Shown here: in pieces, positions 51,826 to 64,000 of the stretch
Numbering within the stretch: the first letter of the stretch is position 1
Layout of the letters: every line of letters starts with the position of its first letter
Assembly (NCBI GenBank): GCA_012295275.1
Contig: CM022672.1
Span: 27,652,001 to 27,716,000 of the forward strand
DNA: 64,000 nt
Direction of reading: 5' to 3'
Origin: Chrysomallon squamiferum
Taxonomy: Eukaryota; Animalia; Mollusca
Translations under genes and position numbers: made by a program
Notes under the pieces: model-generated
What the model saw: the letters and a program-made list of their open reading frames with translations, nothing else
Told to the model about the DNA's origin: nothing
Databases searched by the model: none

Positions 51826-54817
51826 CTGTGTTGTTTTGTTTCTCTGTTATATAAAAATATATATTTTATGTTCTTTATTTGGAATCTTTGCAAATCAATT
51901 TCAAATAATACTCTGTTTGGGGATGATGTAAAAACTGAGTTGAGAGATGGTTATATCTGTAATAATTTTTCTAAATAAACTGCTTTTATCTTGTAATAAA
52001 TTGTGGTTACTTTTGTAACCACTTTTGTCTGGAGAAACTGGTTACAGTCTCTAATGTAACTGTAAAAGTATGTTCATAATTAATTTTTCAACACACACAC
52101 ACCAGTTATACATACATACACACATTGAAAATGTAAAGTAGTACAAAAAAAACAACAACATTTACATGCTTATTTCAAATCACTGATTATTTTCTCTCTG
52201 AGTAATGTTGGCAAGGACAAAGACAAAAATATTTGCTAGAAATTGCATCAATATGAAGCTTTAATCACAAGAAATCTGAGAAGGAAAATAATCTCAGAAG
52301 ATTTAACACTTCAAAATTGATCTGGTAGGTTGCACATTACTAAAGCAGTACTTAAAAATTAGAATATTCATAAAATGATAATTGCAATCTATACACATTA
52401 ATATTATGTTTTATAGCTTTTAACAGTTAAATGAATGTTACTTGACATTTACCATAAATATTAATGTAATATTAATGTTATAAGATCATATTTCTTATTA
52501 GAAATAATTTTTAAATTTCAGTTATTTATTCAGATATTATTTTTAAATTTCTATTAGTTATTTATTTATTTGTTTATTTTTTTTTTAAATGTATATTGTC
52601 ATATTTTATTTCTATTATCATTTATAAATTTCAATTATTTATTTATTTATTTATTTATTTCTTGATATTTATTTAATTTTAAAGTTAAATAAATTATTAA
52701 ATTTCAATTTTTTCTTTATTGATTTATTTATTAAGATTTACTAAGATTTCTTAGATCAATGGTTTTTTTTGTGTTTGTTTTCAAACAAATTTGTTTCTTG
52801 TTTGGGTTTTTAAAATTTTATTTATTTATGTATTTACTTTTATTTTCTGGCCACAGATATATTTTAACACACACTCTGTTACTGGGAATGTGAGAAAAAC
52901 AACACTCAAATGATCGATAGGCTAACATGTTAGCTGGTTCACACAGTCCTCTGTTTAAGTCCAGTCTGACAGCAAACACATGTAGGATCCAAGGTCTGAC
53001 TCAAACCAACAGGTATATACATTCAGGTAAGACTGCAGTCTTTTCAAGGTCAGCCAAGGTCGTACAAGACAAGAAGTTAATGAATGGTGATGGGCAATGG
53101 AATGTTATTTTAAATTTGTCTTTTTTTTATTTATTTATTTATTTTTTCATGTTTTCTACTTAAGAGAAAGTGAGAATCTAAGAAATGAAAATATTTCAAA
53201 GAATGAAAGAAAAAATATAAAAATATGTTTTATTTGTTTTTATTTTAAAAGAAATATTGTGATAGAATATTTTCTCTTGATTATTTATTTTCTCATTCCT
53301 GCTACAAATAATAATAATAATAATATAATAACCAAATATATAAATGAAATAAATTAGTGGTAGATATGGTTATGGTGTAATTTGCAAAGTATTCAAAGCA
53401 CAACTTAGTATTTTCATATTTCACATTTATTTAAATATTTTAATAAACATTACTTTTTTGTGTATGTTTCAAAATGTAAATTAACAAGAGTAGATATTCT
53501 AACTAAAACTCATTTCCAAAATGAAAAGGAAAAGATTATATAAGAATATTTGTGAATGGATATGCTTTAATGTAGGCAAAATAATTTCAAGTATGTGAAC
53601 TTATGTCTGTATGTCTATACACAATCAATGAATAACACACACACACACATACACACACACACACATGCATATTATATGACTTATAATATGTATTTTTAAA
53701 TGATTTCTAGGTAAAATATATATTCTTAGTGAAGTATATTACAATATACAACAAGTACATCAACATAAAGGAAGTTTTGACATAATGTTTTAAAAATTCA
53801 ACCATGAAAGTAACCTATATGCTGTTTCCTGCATTTGGGACATTTAACTGTGATTCAATAAAGCATAACAGTTAGAGATGGAGTGAAAATACAGTCACAG
53901 TGATTAGTGACCTGCAAACTGACCACTGAACTGGTCAATGTATTATCAAGTGTTAGAAGCAATACATGGGCAGCTGGAAAATACAAAGTACAGACAACTG
54001 CAGTTTTTAATTCCTATACAGTGATTACAATATTAAATACTTTAACAGTTAACAAACACTGTAATAAAAATGTTCAAGATAGTCATCATTTGTTTTTAAT
54101 GTATTTACAACAGTCATTAAAAATCAGAAATTGGCTGTAAATAAAATTTAAAAAAAAAAAAAAAAAAAAATAGTCATTTTTAATATTATTAATGTATATC
54201 ATTGATACACTACTCAGAAACTGCCTGCAAATAACAATTTAAAAAAAGAAAGAAGAATAAATAACATTATATTTTAAATCTTATTTAAGTATATACATCT
54301 ATATCAGACACTGGTTATAAATAACATTTTTTAAAACAGTAAAGAAATAATGTCGTGTTTTTAATCTTACTAATATGTATCTGTATAATTATTTAACTGA
54401 AAGTGTCAAGGTTACTTGAAAACAAACAATGGAATGTAAACTTTACAGTATTTATGACCACAGATAAGAATGTTTGTGATGAAACTTTAAGGTGGGGTCA
54501 AAGGTCACATTAGAAGCAGGTGTAAATCCAAATGCGACTCTATCAGCCAATGAAAACACTGCCATTATTATTATTTTACCTGTTTGCTGGTATTAAGTAC
54601 ATTTTTAATTACTTGATATATTAATTTAATATTGATATTAACAAGTGTGTGTATGTTGGAAATCATTAAAAAATAGTGAATATAAATGTGTGAATATAAA
54701 CACACACACACACACACACATGTATATGTATGTATGTATATGTATATGTATATTATATGTCTATGTATATATATATGTAAGTATATGTATAATATATATA
54801 TATATTTTGTATATGTA

Positions 54818-54855
<38 letters not shown>

Positions 54856-56349
54856 GGGTGTGTGTTTGTGTGTATGAGTGTGTCTGTGTTTGTATGATAA
54901 ATGAATGGACATCATACCTATGTATATATAATTATAACTGAGTAATCAATAAACATCTGAAGTAAAAATGTAGCAAGCATAATTAAACCAGAGACTTTCT
55001 CATTAATTACAGGATATTACCTAGTTCTTTAAATCTTCACAATCAATCACCTTTGACAGGTAACATCCCTAGATTGTATCATACCTGTTGATACTCAACA
55101 AATCGTTATCTTTACCTGTAATGCACCTGTACTTATATATCATATCTGTACTGACAGTTCATGCATCACCTTTTCTGACATGTACATGGACACTGAGGTG
55201 AACAAATGCCTATACATTGTATTATGAACAAAGAATTGAATTTCATACATTTAAACATCTCATACCCATTGCGGTCAGGAAATTAAATAATATGAATTAC
55301 TACCAGCAGTTAATAGCTGATGATGATGACGATGATTATGATGTTAATGATATGATAAAACATCAAGGCCATTATAAATATTTTAGTGACAATAACAAAA
55401 TGGAAATTATTTATTTCAATTTTTGTTATTGTAAGTATATTTATTTGTTTTTCTTGTCAAGAACTTGTACAACAAAATAGAATAAAATCCGTTTTCTGAT
55501 TTTATTTTGTTTAATTTAACTATTTGTGTGTTATTTTTATTTGTTTAAACTATCTAAACTATGAAATTTGTTCCTTTTAATTTTGTGAGTCACTGACTAC
55601 CAAAACAAATATGTGTTGTTTTCTGAAAGAACAAACAGGAACCAGTCAAGTTAATATCCTACAAAGAAATAAAAAGACAAGCAAATACACACACACACAC
55701 ACACACACATAAATACTACTACTATTACTAACAAAATATATATATTTTTAAAAGACAGCAAAAGAAGAAAAAGATAAACAAATTTGGTATATTTGCAGAA
55801 ACCAGTTTTTTCATTTACAAACAAAAAAAACCCAATTTGACAGAAAGGTAAGGAAATAGATTCTGACAAGTTGTCAAGCCAGAACCTATCTGTTAGATCC
55901 AGGCAAACTGCACGACTTCACATGTCCTGTCTAAAAGAAGCAGCAAAACCTGTCACAAAGTGTGACTAACAACACAGCATACATATAAATCAGTGTAGCA
56001 GGTTTTAAAAAAGTCGCCCTCCAAGAAAAAGAAAAAAAGAAAAGAAAGAAAAGAATAAAAGATCAGGTGTAAAACTGTAATCCTTCGTTTCATGTGTGTG
56101 GCATGTAGCAGGTTTTAAATTGAAAAAGAAATAATTTTTTAGCAGTAATTTTGGATTTTTACAGTCTGTGAAAATAGAATTATTATACATGTAGAAAGAC
56201 TGATATATAAGTAAAAATATAATTTTGAATTTTTTTATTATTTAAACCTGGATGTACATATAATTGTATTTTTGAGTTAGCAGTATGTTTTAAATAAATA
56301 AGTATATATGTATGTATGTCTGTATGTGTACATGTCTGAATTAATATAT

Positions 56350-56381
<32 letters not shown>

Positions 56382-58009
56382 GTATGTATGTATATGTACA
56401 TATGAATGTCTGTATTTTTGTATTCAAGAACATGTTTGATAGATGTATGTATGTGTGTATATAAGTGTTTTTATGTGTATATGTATTATATTTAGTGTTT
56501 GATTTATTTACTTTTTTAGCAAAACAGAATACAAGTTTTTGATATAACAAATAACAAATGATAATATATCAATAAGAACATTAAAAAGTATATTTAAACG
56601 TTTCAGTCTGAGGCTCATACAATGATCCAGCAAACAGTAATAACAATACAAAATCAACTTCTGCATTCTTCCAATAGCAAACGATAGGATCTTTCAAATG
56701 TTCTTCTTTATTCTGTCTAAGTTAACTGGCACTGAAATTCTGACTTCAATGAGAAAAATGTGCAATGAATTTGGATTGTCATTACGAGATATTATTTCTG
56801 TCTTATAAATAATGCACATTTGTAGTCAGGAGAAATAATTTTCATTTTTAAAAATAATTTAAATTTGTTGTTAAGAGAAATACTCCTCAGTTTTAAAATT
56901 ACTGTAAATTTGTCAGACGTGTATAAAACAACAGTTTTTACATCATTTCATGTTTGCCCAATACTGACACAGCCCAGACCTGAGACCACACTGCTGGGAG
57001 AAATAAAAATATTATTTATCTGTTCAATTAACTTAAGTTTTTAATTGGCCTGTAACCTGATTTAAGTAGAAATTGCATTAAGATTATTATACTAACTAGA
57101 TTGATTTATTTTGATGATATCCTGTCTAAAAACACAACACAACAAAATGATTATAGAAAAATAAAATAATTTTGTTGCATTAATTGATAACAAACACAAA
57201 AACATTACAGGTTTCAATATGCATTTAACAGAAAATTTAGTTTTAACAAGATGTAAAAAGAATATTTATCAGCACTTAAGATAAAAATACTATAACAATA
57301 TTTTTCTCTTCCAACACAGCAAAGACTCAGTCTAATTAGACTTTTAAAAGTGGTCTTTCTGTTAAAAGCAAAATATTTCTCTAAATTTCATTGAATTTCT
57401 GACACCCAAGAGACTCAATCTAATTAGATTTAAAAAAAAAATTATCTATTAAAAAACAATAAAAAAGCATAAAAGAATTTCTCTAAATTATATAGAATTT
57501 CAGTATCTCAGAATGTTTGCCTGGTCAGGTAAAATTATACAGAATATTTAATTTGTTTAAAATTTAGCTTTTTAGACCAGTCTTAAAAATACAGTACAGT
57601 AAAAGATATTTTAAATTATATTTTATTTCCATGATTTGTGCAATACTGAAAAACTAGATTAATTAATTTGTTATATATTTCTTAGCAGTTATTAATTTAT
57701 TGTTACAGGGTCAAACCTTTCCTAATGAAGAAGTATCACAAACTGAAAAAAGACTACAATGCCATTTTATAATTTTCAAAGTTGCATACTTTAAAAAAAA
57801 AAAATATATATATTACTTAAAGACATTTTTGTACTTTATATTGGTTAATGGCTAGAAATGAAGTATTATATATGTATTATACATATTATATATATATATT
57901 CAAATATGTTTATGCTTGTTTGGATGGACAAATGGACACACACATGTATATATAAATGAGTTAACAAAAGTTAAGAAGAACTGAGAGAATGACAGTGTTT
58001 AAATCTTAC

Positions 58010-58579
58010 TTGGTGAGCATCCTATCTGACTGGTGAGTGGACACTGGCTCCACAACACGCCAGAGGACACAGCTCCAGCTGCACTGAAATCCACTCCCGG
58101 CCCCTCCCACAGGCATCCAGTGAAACCCTGCCCAAGTTCCATGACAACATGAGTTAACCGTACATCCAGCAGGAATGACTGAAAAGTCCTGTTTGCTAAA
58201 ACTTCACTAAACAAAGTGTCTCCTCCAGGTTTGGAGACATTAAAGTAAACGACTCCGAGAAAGAACTTGATGTCAAACTGATGCCACGTGTTGTTGTTGA
58301 AATTGCTGCCTAGTGAAACAACAGAACCGGTGCTGTTCAGACTCCAGGACAGCTCCAGTGATGTGTTATGCATAGAAACACTTAAAAGGTCCTTTCCGTT
58401 TTTCTGGTATTTTAATATTTCTCCCGAAGGAGCACACGTCCGGAATACAACTTGTATCCATGACCCCTGACCTAAGGTCAAGGTCACGTCTGGTATAGTC
58501 ACTTTTGATGTGTGGTTGAAGTACCCATACTCCCCGTTTGAACACACTGTGTATAAGAGTAACATCAGTAAAAATATTT
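58010..58579 (-). CDS. crb: Crumbs exon: end of a hydrophobic leader plus N-terminal laminin-G domain
   Basis: tttcag acceptor, gtaag donor, 570 nt, phase 1-1. IFLLMLLLYTVCSNGEYGYF...FRTC...NNNTWH...GFTGCLWEGPG...WSQCP is a LamG signature; in frame with exon 38669-38797. Confidence 0.85.
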
Positions 58580-60504
58580 CTGAAAGAAAAAAGGAAAAAG
58601 GAAAAATGTTAGAATTTAACTAATATAAAATGCTGTAAAAGACTATGTAATATGGCATCATGGCATGATCAGTTTATTGTGATAGTGTATAACAATATAG
58701 TTGACAGACACAAAACTTAGATCTGAAGACACACATTCATACATCACATATGCAGATGGACACACACATCCATATACTTAAACATATATATACCTATCTA
58801 CATTCCTAAATCCATATATGTACATACACACACATATACACACACATGCGCACATACACACACACACACACATGCATACACATATAGAAATTTTATTTAT
58901 TCAAGGTTTACAGAAAGAAGTATGTATCTTTATTAGCCTTCAGTATTATTTGTTAAAATACATGTTGTAATAAAGCCTGAACTGCATTATACATAACTTT
59001 ATTTCTGTGTTGTAGTTATAAAAAAATTAAAAAATTAAATCTTAAAAAAACTTCTGAAAAACAGAAATGTAAATTAATGTAGGAAAAAACCTATTAATGA
59101 CATATTTAAAATATTTATTGATTTTTTTTTTATCCATGCACTTAAATGCTAAATCAACAAAAACATTTTTTAAAAATGCATTTGTATTAGTAATGGTTTT
59201 CTAGTGGTAACACGTGAAATGTCAACAACTGGCATTTTTGTCACATAAACTATCAGTGACACAATAGGTAGAAACTACCAGAAACTTACAAACAGTTTAT
59301 AGCACACCAAACATTTAAAATAAAAAACAAAATTAGAAAAAAAAAAAAAATGAACAAGAAAGAAAAAATAAAAATTCAGGATCAATAATTCTTGGCAGTT
59401 AGAAAGTTACTCAAAAATTATCACCTATTTTGAAATAGATTAAAACTAATTAATTAGTTAAAATGTTATTCATTCATTTTGCTTAATCATACAAGCAACT
59501 CATATGAAGCTGCCTGAAAAGTCAAACCTCACTGAAACTTAACTGCAAATTTATTCAATAATCTCAAACAAAAACAACAAAATGATGTAATAACGTAAGC
59601 AAGCTTTTCACAGGTATTCTTGTTCATCTGGTGATTTGGTTCCAACTTTGTGTATTTATTTCTTTAGAGTTGTTTTTACTGTGGTTTTTCAAAACATTTT
59701 TATTACTAGATATTTGTGTGGTGGTATAGGATAATCAGTCACATGAGGAAAATGATCAAGATGCAGGAATAAGATAAACCACATTCTACAGATCAAAATA
59801 CTTTCTGAATTACCCAAATCGGATCAAAACTTTCAGAATAATTACAGATTTTGTATCAAAGAATTAGTCTTTTCACAAAACATTTCTCTGCAATATTAGG
59901 CTGTAACTCAGTTACACTGTGTGACATCTGGCTGAGTATCCTATGCCACCACACATTTCTGATCAGTGAATGGTTTAATAACTTTAACAACTGACACAGG
60001 CCTACCTAACAGGTGATCATATTGGTTTTAAAAGATCCCTAAAAAAAAAAAAGGATTATAATTATTCTTTTTTATATGTCAACTGAAAGATGATTGTTTT
60101 CAGGGGGTGTTTTTTTTTGTTGCTTTTTAATTTTTTGAATTTTTTTTTCTAACCCTATATAGCCTCATATCTATAGCTTTCACACCAGGAAAGAATATAA
60201 AAAAACAGGTAATGATAAAAATATCCTATTTATATCCTATCGCACATCTTTAATGTGTGGGTTTTTTCTGTGGTTGCATAGTCCCAAATTAAAAGTCCAC
60301 AATTTACAAAAGTTTCATATTTCAAGGAAAACAGTACATCATTTACCTGTATAGGTAAGTATCAGGTATATGCAGGTACATGATTGTCAGGTGTGAGTCA
60401 TGAATGAACACCTGAAGAAACATATAAAAAAAAGAAGAAATCTTAGCTACTGTAGAGAAAAATATAAAAAACTACAAACAAGTTTATGTGGACTGTTTAG
60501 ACAG

Positions 60505-60520
60505 TAGTGTGTGTGCATGT

Positions 60521-60559
<39 letters not shown>

Positions 60560-60710
60560 TGTTTATGTGTGTGTATGTATGTGTGTGTTTACGTGTGTGT
60601 GTATGTGTGTGTGTATGTATGTGTGTGTGTGTGTATGTGTGTATGTATGTGTGTGTGTATGTGTGTGTATGTGTGGTCATGTGTATGTATGTGTATGTGT
60701 GTATATGTGT

Positions 60711-60749
<39 letters not shown>

Positions 60750-60750
60750 G
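60505..60750. repeat. (TG)n/(TATG)n compound microsatellite; similar tracts at 3529-3567, 31815-31982, 38577-38627, 54700-54890
   Basis: Dinucleotide runs that generate the poly-CV/HT ORFs. Confidence 0.95.
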
Positions 60751-61164
60751 TGTTATTAGTGTTAATGTTGTTAAGTGTCTGCATATTCATAAATTCATGT
60801 TCCTTTGAATTTGTATCACTATTTATGTATAACTTTTTTTGTTGTTGTTTTGTTTGTTTGTTATCCTTGATAGGTGAATGTGTATAAATGTGCTTAAATT
60901 TTTACACACAATTTATGTTTATTTAATTGTGTTTCTATGTTTATTTATGTGAATACTGTATTTTTATGTGTTTATATGTGTCTTTGTGTGTGTTTTACAT
61001 CCTTGTATACACATACACAGTAAACAAAAATTTACTGTTATCCAGTTTGAATTATACCATGAACCTAGTCGAATTCTATCCATAATATTAAACACAGTCT
61101 TCTGTGACCAGAATAAAAAATACAATCTGATTAACTTATAATAATAATAATGATAATGATACTA

Positions 61165-61195
<31 letters not shown>

Positions 61196-61604
61196 TGATG
61201 ATGATGACGACGATGATGATTATTTATTAAACAATACATTAAAAGAATATAGCCCAAATGACAGGTGTAACAGGATACTTCAGATACAAAGTACCTGTTA
61301 GACATGTTACAGGTGTCAAGTATCGTGTAATCTGGTTGTTTCTAGCACTGGTGTGTACTGCTCTCTGTACAGCTAATGTACTGTTACTGATACAACACTG
61401 AAATTACCATCCCAGCTTTCTTAACATTTCATCATTTTTCTCTCTGATAAAATTATTTATGAAATGTAGTTGTATGGATAATGCCATTTTGAAACTTTTA
61501 ATTTAAAAAAATTAGTAATAATAATAAGAAGAATAAACTATGTATAATAATTTTATATTTTATTTAATGTACATATGTATGTTTGTATGTAAGTATATGT
61601 ATGC

Positions 61605-61651
<47 letters not shown>

Positions 61652-62435
61652 TAGATAGAAGGATAGACAGACAAATATATAGATATTTATAATGAAATAT
61701 AATACTCACTGACAAATTAACAAATATGTTGTGAAAAGTTAATACATTAAGATACATCTGATATATTATTTTAATGCTTACTTTATGATAAAAAAAAAAA
61801 AAAAATTAATAAGTATAATAATAAACAAATAAAATAAATAAATAAAATAAAATAAATAATTAAAAAAAAAAAAAAATAACAAGAGGAACTTTATTAACTG
61901 TTTTGTATTTTAAAATTATAAATGCTGTAGAATTTATTCTCCATTACAACTGTTTGGTACATTCCTCTGGTACTCTCAGTTGAATCAGTACACTGTTTAT
62001 TTTGAAATAAAATCTGAATATCTGCGACCCCCTACAGAAAGAGCTACATGTTGGTTGTACATTATCTCTTTAGAAAGTATTTGAAACTTTCCCATATCTT
62101 TTCATTATTCATTGTACAAATTTGCTTACCATGCTAAGACATGTTATGCCATATACATATATATATATATATATTTTTTAATCCTTGAAATCAGTTACAA
62201 AATATCGTACATATCAACAGAGTGCAGATTTTACCTTTTCTGTATCATAACTCACCAAAGATTCTTTGACAGAGAACAGTAGGTGTATTTCTTTTGTAAT
62301 GCTCTTCAAAAATAGTAATTTAACCTTCATGACATTTTTCATTTGAGTGAAAACAGAAAAGAAATGAAAATGTATATATATGTTTGTGTGTGCATGTGTC
62401 TGTATATCTGTATCTTTAACTGTCTGTTTCTCTAT

Positions 62436-62475
<40 letters not shown>

Positions 62476-64000
62476 GTATATATAGCTAGACAGGTAGCTA
62501 CATAGACAGACTGATAGCTAGATATATAGATAGACACTTGGATAGACACTTGGATAGAGAGATACATATGTACATACATATGATAAAAGTTTCAACATTA
62601 ATGTATGAATAAGTAATATTGCTTGTTGTGGCAGGTATGTCAGTTTTCAACCCTTCAAGTCTCCTCAACCAATTTGTCATCCAGTGGTTGCATTAGATGT
62701 AACATTCTTCCACATGTAAATCTACAGATTCACTAATTAACTCAGTAGAGTCAGTAAAACTTGGTTTTCAATAACTGACCATGAACAGTAGAACTGGACG
62801 CATCTAGAAATAAGAGTGTGTCTAACTTACAAGTACAAGTTGTTATTCAGTAACAGTTAAAAACACTTTACAAATAAAACTGTCAGCACAGTGTTATGAC
62901 TTCTACTACAGAATGAAGAAAGGAAAACTACACTTTTAACAGTTAGTTGATTTTAAACTCTTCTGAGTTATGATTTTACTGTGTTGAGTGACTTACCATT
63001 GCTTGTAACAAAGTGTGACAACTGAATAATGTTACAAAACCTTTAAATGCCACCATTTCATCCTTTTAGAATGGTGCATTTTTTTCTGATGCTAGAAGAA
63101 ACTTTAGAGCAAAAAGATCTGTCCAGTATATATTGACATCACGATTACAGAATCAAAGCCAAATATTTTCTTCATTTGTTTTTATGCTTGGGTATTAATT
63201 GAAACTGATGGCAAATAAAGCTTAACTTGGATGTATGGGTAATATATTTAGATAACATCTTCATTTCTAAAAGGTACACTCTAAATATACAACTCTTCAG
63301 TACAGATTACTTTACCACTTCCATGTTGAATATTTGTTTCTAATCACAAAAATTTGATCTGTAGTTGAAGATGACAGTAAGTCTTCTGACATCAAACTGG
63401 ATAGATAAAAGCTGGTATGGTCTACCACACACTTTGTTATATTTCAAAGTATTGGAACAATAAACCATTGCTTCGGGTATTCTAAAGGTACTCAGAATTA
63501 TTGATAATCCAAAAGATACACCAGAACAGATTGGAGGGATCAGTCCTAGCAACAGTTAGTAAATGCTGTCATACTATTTATACTTTTTGTAGAAATGTAA
63601 CAAACTGAATTTTGGTTCAAAACAGAAGATTTCACACGTGCTGGAAGTAACAGATGTTGAGTTACACACAGCTGTTTTCTTTTCTTTAAACATAAAGGCT
63701 TAGATAAAAATATGACCATACACACAGAGCAGGTGCAAAAACATTTATTATTAACGAAAGTCGGATTAGAATCAAATGTCAGTGATCACAAACAGGACTA
63801 AGTGAAATTATTTCTAATATGGCTGTTTATTTGTTTATTTGTTTTTCCACAGCTGTTATGAAAAACAACCAGCTGACACACTTTGTCATTTTGCAACATC
63901 ACAGCTTAAAAAACTTTTATTCTGTATCATTGTAAATATTTACTTCTTCAGTCTTACAAGTTATTTTTTAATTTTTTTGGTGACTGACATAATTATGTCA

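Noticed and set aside
60347-60411. 65-nt exon-like segment as the coding first exon
   Set aside because: No ATG-initiated open frame ending in phase 1; could only be UTR or regulatory.
63340-63552. 70-aa minus-strand ORF near the window end
   Set aside because: No domain similarity and no splice link to the Crumbs frame.

Overview
AT-rich, microsatellite-laden animal genomic DNA (the repeats suggest a mollusc, probably a gastropod; this is inference). Nearly the whole window is one multi-exon minus-strand gene, a Crumbs (crb) apical polarity protein. I reconstructed 30 shared GT-AG exons with consistent phases (38797 to 5800). They encode about 40 EGF-like repeats, 3 internal laminin-G domains, a transmembrane helix and the canonical 37-aa tail (GTYSPS FERM motif, ERLI PDZ motif). 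An upstream LamG exon (58010-58579) lacks a recognisable start exon in the window. Beyond the ORF track, the main signals are: (i) an intronic signal-peptide first exon (48644-48734) giving a 2270-aa isoform without the N-terminal LamG; (ii) an in-frame 51-nt cassette exon (27448-27498) followed by three GCAUG (Rbfox-type) motifs, inserting a two-Cys loop into EGF18; (iii) an in-frame 60-nt juxtamembrane cassette; (iv) a furin-type RRRRKR site in LamG3; (v) intronic clusters of CAGGTR (Snail/ZEB-type) sites; (vi) traces of exon-intron duplication in the expanded EGF stalk. Several MITEs and minisatellites are present. There are no prokaryotic systems, CRISPR arrays or RNA genes that I can support. 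All coordinates were read by hand.
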